DNA of 64,000 nt, from contig LUZA01000008.1 in assembly GCA_001603455.1 (NCBI GenBank), positions 443 to 64,442 of the forward strand. Reading direction: 5' to 3'. The stretch is from Bacteroidales bacterium Bact_09. GTDB taxonomy: Bacteria; Bacteroidota; Bacteroidia; Bacteroidales; UBA932. Position 1 is the first letter of the stretch; each line of letters opens with the position of its first letter. Under the pieces are notes generated by a model that searched no databases, was not told the DNA's origin, and was given only the letters and a program-made list of their open reading frames with translations. Shown in pieces: positions 48,985 through 57,732 of this stretch. Made by a program: the position numbers and the translations under genes.

Positions 48985-50226
48985 ATGAAAAAATGCATTC
49001 TTCTTTTTATGTTATGCCTGGGACCTGTCCTGGTATCCCGGGCACAGGCGGTTTGTTACGATGACCATTTCACGGCAGAACGCCTGCGCATAGACCTTGT
49101 ATTTACAGGAAATGCACATATGCAGGATGTTTTCCTGTTGTCGATGCACAGTGAAACGCCCTGGGCCGGTTCCAAAACGCAACTCATAGCACCGTTTACC
49201 TATGGAGAGTATCAATATAAAGTTTTTTCACAGGAGGGAGAGCTTCTGTTTTCCAAAGGATTCAATTCACTGTTCATGGAATGGAGAACTACCCGGGAAG
49301 CACTGGAACGTGATATGGCTTTCAACACCTCTGTATGGATTCCTTATCCAAAAGACACGGTATTGCTCGAAATTTACGAAAGGATCCAGCGCGAAGGGAC
49401 CTACCGCCCCCTGAAAAGATTCAGGATTGATCCAGACGATTGCCTGATCTCAAAAGAAAAACCCGCCTTCTCTCCGGAAGTATTTCAGAAAAACGGACCT
49501 GTGGAAAACAAGGTAGATCTGCTTTTTGTTGCTGAAGGATACCGGTTGGAAGAATTGGAAAAATTCAGAAAGGATGCAGCCCGTTTCACCGAATATCTTT
49601 TTGAACATGAACCTTTCCGGTCCCGCAGGGATGATTTTAACGTTTGGATGCTTCCCCTGGTATCGGAAGATTCCGGACCTGATATACCCCGGATTGGCCT
49701 GTGGAACCAAACGGTCCTGGGGAGCGCTTTTCATACTTTTTACATTGAGCGTTACCTCACGGCACCCGATTACAGACTCCTGGCCAATGCCGTTTCAGGA
49801 TCTCCTTTCGATGCAATCTACGTCATAGTCAATACTAAAAAATACGGGGGCGGAGGAATTTACAATTATTACGGACTGAGTATGTCTGACCACCAGACAT
49901 GCAAAGAAGTGTTCGTACATGAGTTTGGCCATAGTTTTGCGGGCCTGGCAGATGAATATTATGATTCCGAAGTTGCCTATATAGACATGTATCCTTTGGA
50001 TGTGGAACCCTGGGAGCCCAATATCACTACCCAGGTGGACTTTGGCTCCAAATGGCAGGATATGATGGACGCCGAAGGTGTCGGACTATTTGAAGGGGCC
50101 GCTTATATGACCAAAGGAATGTACCGTCCGGCAAAAGATTGCCGGATGCATTCCAACCGGGCTCCCGGATTCTGTCCTGTGTGCCAAAGAGCCATTAACA
50201 GGGTCATAGATTATTATACCAAATGA
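48985..50226 (+). CDS. M64 (IgA-peptidase-like) family metallopeptidase, secreted
   Basis: Signal peptide; VNT.KYGGGGIYN and HEFGHSFAGLADEY zinc motif. Confidence 0.78.
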   Translation: MKKCILLFMLCLGPVLVSRAQAVCYDDHFTAERLRIDLVFTGNAHMQDVFLLSMHSETPWAGSKTQLIAPFTYGEYQYKVFSQEGELLFSKGFNSLFMEWRTTREALERDMAFNTSVWIPYPKDTVLLEIYERIQREGTYRPLKRFRIDPDDCLISKEKPAFSPEVFQKNGPVENKVDLLFVAEGYRLEELEKFRKDAARFTEYLFEHEPFRSRRDDFNVWMLPLVSEDSGPDIPRIGLWNQTVLGSAFHTFYIERYLTAPDYRLLANAVSGSPFDAIYVIVNTKKYGGGGIYNYYGLSMSDHQTCKEVFVHEFGHSFAGLADEYYDSEVAYIDMYPLDVEPWEPNITTQVDFGSKWQDMMDAEGVGLFEGAAYMTKGMYRPAKDCRMHSNRAPGFCPVCQRAINRVIDYYTK

Positions 50227-50924
50227 AATACCGCTTTTTTCTATTCGATCTGGATAATACATTATGGGATTTTGACAGAAATGCGCACGATTGTATACTG
50301 GAATTGATCCTACGACACAGATTGCAGGATTATGTGCGCGATCCGGGGCAGTTTTATGAGATGTACCGGGCCAATAATGAAAAATTATGGGCTATGTACG
50401 AAGCAGGACAAATTACCCAGCAGAAACTACGGCATGTGCGTTTTGCGATCACATTAGAAGAGGCTGGCGTCCCCGATGCCTCTGTTTTGGGTCCGGATTT
50501 CGGGGAGCAGTATCTGGAAATGATGCCAACCAAAACCAAACTGATGCCTCATTCCCGCGAAGTCCTGGAATATCTGAAAAGTAAAGGCTGTAAAATGGCT
50601 CTGGTGACAAACGGGTTCAAGCAGGTTCAATACAACAAGGTCCGCAATAGCGGGTTGGATCATTTTTTCGGTAATAGGATATTTATTTCGGAAGAAGTGG
50701 GATACCACAAACCCAATCCAAAAATGTTCACGGCGGCCATTACTTCCATCCACGGGAAGAAAAAAGAAACGCTAATGGTAGGAGACAATTTCCAGAACGA
50801 TATTGAAGGGGCCCAGGTCTTTGGTATAGATCAGTTTTATTATAATCCGTCAGATATGCCGTGCGACGGAGCTCCTACCTATATGGGAAACGATCTGCGG
50901 GATCTGATGGAGCTGGTGAAATAA
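50223..50924 (+). CDS. HAD-superfamily hydrolase (YjjG-like nucleotidase subfamily)
   Basis: FDLDNTLWDF (DxDxT), LVTNG and MVGDN.QNDIEGA motifs. 4-nt overlap with the upstream gene. Confidence 0.78.
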   Translation: MKYRFFLFDLDNTLWDFDRNAHDCILELILRHRLQDYVRDPGQFYEMYRANNEKLWAMYEAGQITQQKLRHVRFAITLEEAGVPDASVLGPDFGEQYLEMMPTKTKLMPHSREVLEYLKSKGCKMALVTNGFKQVQYNKVRNSGLDHFFGNRIFISEEVGYHKPNPKMFTAAITSIHGKKKETLMVGDNFQNDIEGAQVFGIDQFYYNPSDMPCDGAPTYMGNDLRDLMELVK

Positions 50925-51213
50925 TGAAGACGTCTTCATTTTCTTTATGAAAGTAATACTTTTCCCGGGCAAATTTTTCAAGGGAATCCTTGTTTGATTG
51001 CAATTCTCTGAGGTTACTTTCAGTTTGATGTATCTTTTCTTTATAGTATCTTTGTTGTGATTTGTTCTCGGAATACTCACCCAAAGCACGAACCCAGCCT
51101 GTAAAACTGTTATCGTCAAAAAAAAGGATCCAGACAATGAAAACAAGCGTTACAATAAAATACCTGTTCCTGATCAAGGCCAGTAAACGGTCAAACTTGA
51201 AACGCGCGTGCAT
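50875..51213 (-). CDS. FtsB/DivIC-like septum formation initiator family protein
   Basis: Single N-terminal TM (YFIVTLVFIVWILFF) followed by a coiled-coil segment (..YYKEKIHQTESNLRELQSNKDSLEKFAREKY). 112 aa. Confidence 0.6.
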   Translation of the reverse strand: MHARFKFDRLLALIRNRYFIVTLVFIVWILFFDDNSFTGWVRALGEYSENKSQQRYYKEKIHQTESNLRELQSNKDSLEKFAREKYYFHKENEDVFIISPAPSDPADRFPYR

Positions 51214-51251
51214 AGGGTTAGATTTTCCACAAATATAACAGGTTTTTCATT

Positions 51252-52172
51252 ATGCAACCAACTCTAGTAATCATGGCTGCCGGTATGGGCAGCCGCTATG
51301 GAGGGCTAAAACAGCTTGACAGACTGGGCCCAAACGGAGAAACTATAATGGATTATTCTATTTATGATGCCCTCCAGTCCGGATTCGGTAAGATCGTATT
51401 TGTCATACGGGAATCATTCCGTGAAGAATTCAACCGTGTATGTGCGTCTCGTTACGGATCTCATTTTCTATTCGAATTCGTTACCCAGGAATTGCAGAAT
51501 ATACCCGCTCCGTATACCCCTCCTCCAGGAAGGGAAAAACCCTGGGGGACCGGTCATGCACTACTGACAACCTCAAAGAGTGTCAATACGCCTTTTGGCA
51601 TCATCAATGCCGATGATTTTTACAGTCGCAATGCTTTCACCGTACTGGCCGAATTCCTGAAAAGAAAGGATCTTATCCGGGGTTCCTACGCTATGGTCGG
51701 CTACCGCTTGGAGAATACACTTTCCCCGTCAGGACCGGTTTCCCGCGGCATTTGCCAAATGGACGAAAACGGACTGCTGACAGATGTAGTGGAACGTTTC
51801 AGGATCAGGAAACAGGAGGACGGACAAATCGTTTGTACCGTACCTGCCGAAAACGGTAAAATGGTCAATATGAACCTGAGCGATGACGATCTTTGTTCCA
51901 TGAACTGCTGGGGATTTTTACCAGACGTGTATCCAAAGACAGAGCATCTTGTGAAAAAGTTCCTGGAACAGCACGCACATGAGCCTGCCTCGGAATACCA
52001 TTTGCCTACTATGGTCAATGATATCATAAAATCAGGAGAAGGGACGTGCAAGGTCCTCCGGACCCATTCCCATTGGTTTGGAGTAACCTACCGGGAAGAC
52101 CGGGAAGATGTGGTTTCCAGGCTGCGCAGGCTGCACCAGGAAGGTCAGTATCCCGATCCGTTATTTCCGTAA
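51252..52172 (+). CDS. Sugar-phosphate nucleotidyltransferase family protein, substrate unknown
   Basis: N-terminal NTP-binding loop LVIMAAGMGSRYGGLKQL and ..PWGTGHA.. / ..INADDFY.. motifs. Confidence 0.65.
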   Translation: MQPTLVIMAAGMGSRYGGLKQLDRLGPNGETIMDYSIYDALQSGFGKIVFVIRESFREEFNRVCASRYGSHFLFEFVTQELQNIPAPYTPPPGREKPWGTGHALLTTSKSVNTPFGIINADDFYSRNAFTVLAEFLKRKDLIRGSYAMVGYRLENTLSPSGPVSRGICQMDENGLLTDVVERFRIRKQEDGQIVCTVPAENGKMVNMNLSDDDLCSMNCWGFLPDVYPKTEHLVKKFLEQHAHEPASEYHLPTMVNDIIKSGEGTCKVLRTHSHWFGVTYREDREDVVSRLRRLHQEGQYPDPLFP

Positions 52173-52181
52173 AATTTTTCT

Positions 52182-53081
52182 ATGAAAAAGTATTTGGACT
52201 ACTACAGGCCCAAGCTGGGAGAATCCTGGCTCATTATGGTCGTAATCTTGTTGTTATGCGGTACGATCTTTACTGCAGCAGTGATTTTTATTATCAATCT
52301 GATCCGTCCCGGCACGGTTGTTCCTGCATCGGGAAGCGGATGGAGTACGCCCGTTTTATACGTGATTCCATTCCTTTTTGTTTTTCTTTATGTGTATTTG
52401 AGGGCAAAAAACGATTATTACCAGGCTGTCAAGACAGGCCGCCCCCCCTATCCCCAACCCGCCGCCAGACTGGGAAATGTTCCGCTACCCATATTCATTC
52501 TTTTACTACCGGTCATTATCGTATCTGCCACCTTTATCATGGACCCCCTGACCGGATGGCTGGAAATGCCTGAATTTCTTAAGGAGATTTTCGCCAGCAT
52601 GACCCAGAGCAATATCCCGACTTTTATTGCTGTTGTCATTGCCGCTCCACTGCTGGAAGAATGGCTGCTCCGGGGAATAGCTCTGAAAGGTATGTTACAA
52701 CATATGGCCCCCTGGAAGGCAATCGTCTGGTCGGCTCTGATGTTTGGGGTAATCCATGCCAATCCCTGGCAGGCCATCCCTGCTTTTCTGATTGGCTGTC
52801 TCTTGGGCTGGATCTATTACAGAACACGTTCCTACTGGACCTGCGTTGCGTTACATGCCATCAATAACGGTCTCTCATTCCTTCTGGCCGGATTGTTCCC
52901 GGAAATAGATGCCGACGCATCCATCAGATCAATCATAGGTAACAAGCCTTATTACATTGCCCTGATGGTTTCAGTAATCGTGATGGTCCTGACTCTGCTA
53001 TATCTGAACAAAAAACTTGCTCCTGCACCTTCATTAAACATGACTTATGAACAAGACGAAACTGTATCCCCTGAGCTTTAA
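52182..53081 (+). CDS. CPBP-family intramembrane glutamic endopeptidase (CAAX protease-like)
   Basis: Multiple TM helices with the motifs LLEEWLLRG, FGVIHAN and ALHAINN. Confidence 0.8.
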   Translation: MKKYLDYYRPKLGESWLIMVVILLLCGTIFTAAVIFIINLIRPGTVVPASGSGWSTPVLYVIPFLFVFLYVYLRAKNDYYQAVKTGRPPYPQPAARLGNVPLPIFILLLPVIIVSATFIMDPLTGWLEMPEFLKEIFASMTQSNIPTFIAVVIAAPLLEEWLLRGIALKGMLQHMAPWKAIVWSALMFGVIHANPWQAIPAFLIGCLLGWIYYRTRSYWTCVALHAINNGLSFLLAGLFPEIDADASIRSIIGNKPYYIALMVSVIVMVLTLLYLNKKLAPAPSLNMTYEQDETVSPEL

Positions 53082-53955
53082 GCCTGTCGTAAAAGAACGC
53101 GTATGGGGCTCCGAATCATGGGTCCTGAGCGGTCTGGAAGATGATGCTTCGATTATCGGCAACGGTTTTCTGAAAGGGAACACCATCAATGAAGCGTTGG
53201 AAGTATATCTGGCCGACCTGGTTGGGGCTAGTGTTTATGATGCCTGTGGAGACGAATTTCCTTTATTGATAAAATACCTGACAGTCAACGAATTTCTTTC
53301 TGTACAGGTACATCCCGATGATAAAAGGGCTGCCGAGATGCATCACGCTTACGGAAAAACTGAAATGTGGTATATCATGGACGCAAAACCGGAGGCCAGG
53401 CTTTATCTTGGTTTTAATAAGGAAATGACACCCCGGGAGTTTTATGCTCACTGTGAAAATGAGACCCTGCCCCAGGTAATGCATTGTATTAAACCAAAGA
53501 AAGGCGAATGCTATTACATTCCGGCCGGACTGATCCATGCCTGTGGAGGAGGACTGACTATTGCCGAGGTACAACAAGTATCCGATATCACCTACCGCGT
53601 TTACGATTGGGGAAGGGAGCACAATCCGGAAACGGCCAGGGAGATGCACCTGGAACTCGCCATAGATTGCATCGATTACAGAAAACACATTCCATCCCCA
53701 ACAACCTCCGGAGTACTGGTAGATTCACCTTACTTTTCGGTTAGATTAAGGGAGTTGGACCGGCCGGGTGAATATGATGGATCTGCCTTGGATAAATTTG
53801 TGATCTATCTGGAGCTGGAAGGTTCTTTGCACGTTGAATCCGAAGGAATTGCATACGGATCTTCCGGAAACGGCTGTCTTCTGATCCCGGCTTCTTTGGA
53901 TTACTGGAAAATCGTACCAGAAAGGAAATGCTCCCTTCTGGAGATCACCCGTTGA
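53047..53955 (+). CDS. manA: Type I phosphomannose isomerase (cupin)
   Basis: KLYPL.FKP..KERVWG N-terminus, LSVQVHPDD, GKTEMWYI and PAGLIHA metal-site context. Overlaps the CPBP gene by 35 nt. Confidence 0.78.
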   Translation: MNKTKLYPLSFKPVVKERVWGSESWVLSGLEDDASIIGNGFLKGNTINEALEVYLADLVGASVYDACGDEFPLLIKYLTVNEFLSVQVHPDDKRAAEMHHAYGKTEMWYIMDAKPEARLYLGFNKEMTPREFYAHCENETLPQVMHCIKPKKGECYYIPAGLIHACGGGLTIAEVQQVSDITYRVYDWGREHNPETAREMHLELAIDCIDYRKHIPSPTTSGVLVDSPYFSVRLRELDRPGEYDGSALDKFVIYLELEGSLHVESEGIAYGSSGNGCLLIPASLDYWKIVPERKCSLLEITR

Positions 53956-54316
53956 TATCCATGATCTGATCTAATTGTCGGCGTTCCTTTTTTGTGGGAC
54001 GTCCTGTTCCTTTCCGGCGGTATATTACTATGGTTTCGCGGGGTTGATCCAGTTTGGCATATTCCTCGTCAGGTGTGATATCGCTGGCATACAAAGACAC
54101 ATCTTTTGCCGGTTGCCGTTTATCTACGGGCTTAATGACCCGATAGGAATAAAATACGGGACCTTTTCTGACCACTATGATATCACCCTCGCGGATCTCC
54201 CTGGAAGCCTTTACATCCTGACCGTTTACCCTGACACGTGAAGCACGGCAGGCATCAGCAGCATCGGACCGTGTTTTAAAGATCCTTATGGCCCAAAGGT
54301 ATTTATCTATTCGCAT
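53945..54316 (-). CDS. hslR: S4-domain RNA-binding heat-shock protein 15-like
   Basis: MRIDKYLWAIRIFKTRSDAADACRASRVRVNGQ S4 motif. 123 aa. Confidence 0.75.
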   Translation of the reverse strand: MRIDKYLWAIRIFKTRSDAADACRASRVRVNGQDVKASREIREGDIIVVRKGPVFYSYRVIKPVDKRQPAKDVSLYASDITPDEEYAKLDQPRETIVIYRRKGTGRPTKKERRQLDQIMDING

Positions 54317-54891
54317 TAAGTTTCCAATTTGGCTGTATTGACCTGGTTCATGGCCCGTTCAATTCCCTGTCTTATGAACAGCCCCAAGGCATCAATGGCA
54401 TTATTACAAATGAAAGGCAGTTCTTTTTTTTCTTCTTCGGTCCAGTGGCTTAAAACGTAATCTGCCTGGTATCCCCTGGGAAAATCATCTCCCACTCCGA
54501 TCCGTAACCGGGCATACTCTTCTGTGCCAAGTGTCATGGTAATATGCTTCAATCCATTGTGACCGCCATCGCTACCGCGCGCTTTTAACCTGAGTTTTCC
54601 AAAAGGAAGCGCCACATCGTCCAGAACAACCATTATGTTCTCCACTGCTATCCGTTCCTCCGTCATCCAGTAACGAACAGCTTTTCCGCTTAGATTCACA
54701 TAAGTGGAAGGCTTAAGCAACCATATTTCCTTTCCGGCATATCTTATCTGTGCCAGTGATCCGTACCGCAAAGTGGTAAACTCCGTTTTATGCAATGTGG
54801 CCCAGACATCCAGAACCGTAAAGCCAATATTGTGGCGTGTACCGGCGTATTCGGTCCCAATGTTTCCCAGTCCTGTAACCAGATAAGACAT
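54316..54891 (-). CDS. pth: Peptidyl-tRNA hydrolase
   Basis: LVTGLGNIG.EYAGTRHNIGF and GGHNGLK motifs. Confidence 0.92.
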   Translation of the reverse strand: MSYLVTGLGNIGTEYAGTRHNIGFTVLDVWATLHKTEFTTLRYGSLAQIRYAGKEIWLLKPSTYVNLSGKAVRYWMTEERIAVENIMVVLDDVALPFGKLRLKARGSDGGHNGLKHITMTLGTEEYARLRIGVGDDFPRGYQADYVLSHWTEEEKKELPFICNNAIDALGLFIRQGIERAMNQVNTAKLET

Positions 54892-54905
54892 GACAGGAAG
54901 ATCGC

Positions 54906-55532
54906 CTAAGCGTGTGTGGGTGTTTCTGCAGTTTCTTCAGTTTCTTCAGCTTCTATTTCTGCAGCTTCTGCAGCAGCTGAAGTAGAAGCCCTGGTCATTT
55001 TGACCATACAGATAATAGTGCTCCGGGGGGCCAATATCTGGATCTTCTCATACTTCAGGTCTCCTGCTGTAACGGTTTTGCCCAGGGTAAGGTTTGTTAC
55101 ATCAATATCGAGTTTGTCGGGCAGGTCTTTCAAAAGGGCGCGAACATGCAGTTTCCTGTTAAGGATCTGCAATTTACCTCCCTGACGGACTCCTTCTGGA
55201 TTACCCGAGATGGCAACCGGCACCTGAATTGAAACGGGTTTACCGGGATCTATGACCAGGAAATCCAGGTGGAGAACCCTGTCGGTTACCGGATGGAATT
55301 GTACTTCGTGCAAAATGCACAGATGCTTTTTGCTTTCCACACTGAGAGAAATAATATAAGAATTTGGGGTATAGATCAAATCCCTCAGATCTTTCTCACA
55401 AACTGAGAAATGAATGTTTTCTTTGCCATTACCATACAGTACACAGGGTACCAGACCTTCTTTGCGTAATTGCTTCACGGCAGCTTTGGTGAAGTTGCCG
55501 CGTTCCCGTGCGTTGATTTCAAATTGTTTCAT
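54906..55532 (-). CDS. rplY: 50S ribosomal protein L25 / general stress protein Ctc
   Basis: ..KQLRKEG.VP.VLYG.. N-domain, a second beta-domain and an acidic Ala/Glu tail. Confidence 0.88.
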   Translation of the reverse strand: MKQFEINARERGNFTKAAVKQLRKEGLVPCVLYGNGKENIHFSVCEKDLRDLIYTPNSYIISLSVESKKHLCILHEVQFHPVTDRVLHLDFLVIDPGKPVSIQVPVAISGNPEGVRQGGKLQILNRKLHVRALLKDLPDKLDIDVTNLTLGKTVTAGDLKYEKIQILAPRSTIICMVKMTRASTSAAAEAAEIEAEETEETAETPTHA

Positions 55533-55645
55533 TAATGTTTGTTTTTAGTGTTACTCAATCCGGGGCTATTCCCGAATCCCATGGCACCTTACTAATGGTC
55601 CTTTCAGGGCGCGCAAAAGTAATTAAAATCCCGGAGTTTGCAAAA

Positions 55646-56842
55646 TCATTCAGACACAGGCACCCACTCAAGATATGTGTTCCAAGCTGTGGTCCGGAAA
55701 GCCGACTGTATCCCGGGAAGAACCCGGGTGGGAAGATAAGCAGCCAGCCCGGAATAATACTTTATGGGAATGGTAATAAAGTTTTCTGTTGTTTTCTTAT
55801 AGACGACCGTCTTGTTCAAGGCTATTTTAAAATTTTCATAATCTCCGGTATGCCCTAACAAGCTTGCCATCTGGTCAATATCCCAGAAAACGTGCTCTGT
55901 TAACCGGTCATATGTCTGTAATTTGGACCGATCCACTTCTTCAGGATCAGTTCCGCCATTGCTGATCAGAGCCCTGAAAGCCTGTGCCAGTCCCTGAATA
56001 TGTTCTGTCCTAACCAGCGATATTGTACCTGAACGGTTATAGCCGGTTTTTGAGTCGTATTTGTTAAAATAAGCATCGCACAGGGCTGTCAGACTGGCCT
56101 GTCCCCTATAGGGAAACAAAACCGAGGACAATTTATCATATGGGTATCCCGTATCTATGATCTCTGCCGGGGACCCCATGATATAATTACATACATCTTT
56201 TAACTGAAAATAAGTTTGTATGTCAGCCATCAGGCAGGCATCAAAGCATATATACTCGTGATGATAATCCTGCAATGCAGAAACAAGTTCCGGAATTTCC
56301 ATTTCCCGGGTTCCGTCCTGTCCAAAAGTTTTGGTCCGCGGATAGGCAGGATCATATATATCATACTGAAATGCAGAGACCTCCGATAACGGCTTTATAG
56401 GATATTGCGGTGTTTCACCGTACAACCCCCTGGGAAGCCATCCGGTACCGTGTGACCACAATATCAGACCATAAGTCCGTGCCGGGCATTCTTCCCTGGC
56501 ATGACCTATCACTTGTTTTAAAACCTCTGGTTGGGCCGAGTTCACAGATCCATACCGGTACAAAGTATCCAGCAGGACAGTACTGTTCCTGTTTCTTGTC
56601 CTGATAAGATAAGCTCCTTCGTTCCTCTTGTCAATAAATACGAACAGGGCATGATCGGATGGTATAGAGGCATTGGTAATGATTTCATCCATGTTCACAG
56701 TGGCCAGATCCGACAAGCTGTTGTCAGCGGCCATGTACACCAGCAGGTTGTGTTCGTACCTGCCGCAGGGGATGATACATTTTTGACAAGCAGTCAGAGA
56801 TAGGCAAAAAACATACAGATACAACAATTTAACCCTATTCAT
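55646..56842 (-). CDS. Clostripain-like (C11) cysteine peptidase lipoprotein
   Basis: Lipobox (LSLTAC); NLLVYMAADNSL, LILWSHGTGW and ICFDACLMA (His/Cys dyad contexts). Start trimmed to ATG 56842. Confidence 0.72.
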   Translation of the reverse strand: MNRVKLLYLYVFCLSLTACQKCIIPCGRYEHNLLVYMAADNSLSDLATVNMDEIITNASIPSDHALFVFIDKRNEGAYLIRTRNRNSTVLLDTLYRYGSVNSAQPEVLKQVIGHAREECPARTYGLILWSHGTGWLPRGLYGETPQYPIKPLSEVSAFQYDIYDPAYPRTKTFGQDGTREMEIPELVSALQDYHHEYICFDACLMADIQTYFQLKDVCNYIMGSPAEIIDTGYPYDKLSSVLFPYRGQASLTALCDAYFNKYDSKTGYNRSGTISLVRTEHIQGLAQAFRALISNGGTDPEEVDRSKLQTYDRLTEHVFWDIDQMASLLGHTGDYENFKIALNKTVVYKKTTENFITIPIKYYSGLAAYLPTRVLPGIQSAFRTTAWNTYLEWVPVSE

Positions 56843-56907
56843 AGCGTAAAGATAATCCTTTTTTCTATCTTTGTATAGAGATAAAATCATCCTAAAACAA
56901 TAGTGTT

Positions 56908-57102
56908 ATGAAAAGTTCGCATGTATTCGCTTTACTGGGTGGTGCCGTAATAGGTGCCACGCTGGCACTGCTGTTCGCTCCTGCCAAAGGGAGTGAAACA
57001 AGGGAAAAGATCAAAGAGACCATTGACAAGAGAGTTGGAGAGATCAAAAAAGAATACCAAAAACACTTTCCCAAAAATCAGGAAGAAGGTCTGGAAGCAT
57101 AA
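56908..57102 (+). CDS. YtxH-domain small membrane-associated protein
   Basis: ..LLGGAVIGATLALLFAPAKGSETREKIKE.. is typical of YtxH. -7 box TATCTTTG at 56866-56873. Confidence 0.68.
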   Translation: MKSSHVFALLGGAVIGATLALLFAPAKGSETREKIKETIDKRVGEIKKEYQKHFPKNQEEGLEA

Positions 57103-57113
57103 AGAAAGACGCA

Positions 57114-57458
57114 ATGAATATTAAAGAATCGGTTAAGGAATACCTTGGACTGAAATCAGATGCGTTCAAATTGGGATTGGTCGAGAACTTCAGTCTGGTG
57201 ATAAACCAGTTTCTGGGGACCTTTCTGCTTATACTTATACTCCTGACGGCATTGATCTTTTTGGCAACTGGAGCCAATAAATGGCTGGGTACGGTACTTG
57301 ATAACGCAGTCGCGGCATCTTTCATCACGGGCGGTTTTTTCCTGCTTTTGTTCCTTATCCTTTTTCTCTTGCGAAAGAGATTGTTCGTTAACAACTTTGT
57401 CCGGTTGTTCGCCAAGATGTTTTTTGAAGAAAAGGACCCCAATGCCAGGGAGGATTAA
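57114..57458 (+). CDS. Two-TM membrane protein (putative holin-X-like/DUF1469-like)
   Basis: Amphipathic N-terminus followed by two long hydrophobic helices. Follows the YtxH gene by 11 nt. Confidence 0.45.
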   Translation: MNIKESVKEYLGLKSDAFKLGLVENFSLVINQFLGTFLLILILLTALIFLATGANKWLGTVLDNAVAASFITGGFFLLLFLILFLLRKRLFVNNFVRLFAKMFFEEKDPNARED

Positions 57459-57461
57459 CCT

Positions 57462-57725
57462 ATGAGAAGCAGAAAGACCATATATTCGCAGATAACAACT
57501 ATAGAACAGCTCAGGGCAGAGCGCAATTCTCTGGAATGGCATATCAAAGGACTTGAAGACCGCATAAGGGACAGCATCCCTGCCGGACTTGCCAACGGGA
57601 AATTTTTCCCTTCGGAGGGAAGCGGTTTCCTATCATGGCTTCCCGTAGTCATTCCCGTAGCCATTACTGCTTTTACCTTGGTACGTCATCTGAACCGGTG
57701 TGTGCAAAAAATCCGTAACCATTAG
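57462..57725 (+). CDS. Small coiled-coil protein with C-terminal TM
   Basis: ..IEQLRAERNSLEWHIKGLEDRIRD.. followed by WLPVVIPVAITAFTLV. Starts 3 nt after the upstream stop. Confidence 0.45.
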   Translation: MRSRKTIYSQITTIEQLRAERNSLEWHIKGLEDRIRDSIPAGLANGKFFPSEGSGFLSWLPVVIPVAITAFTLVRHLNRCVQKIRNH

Positions 57726-57732
57726 CATAACA

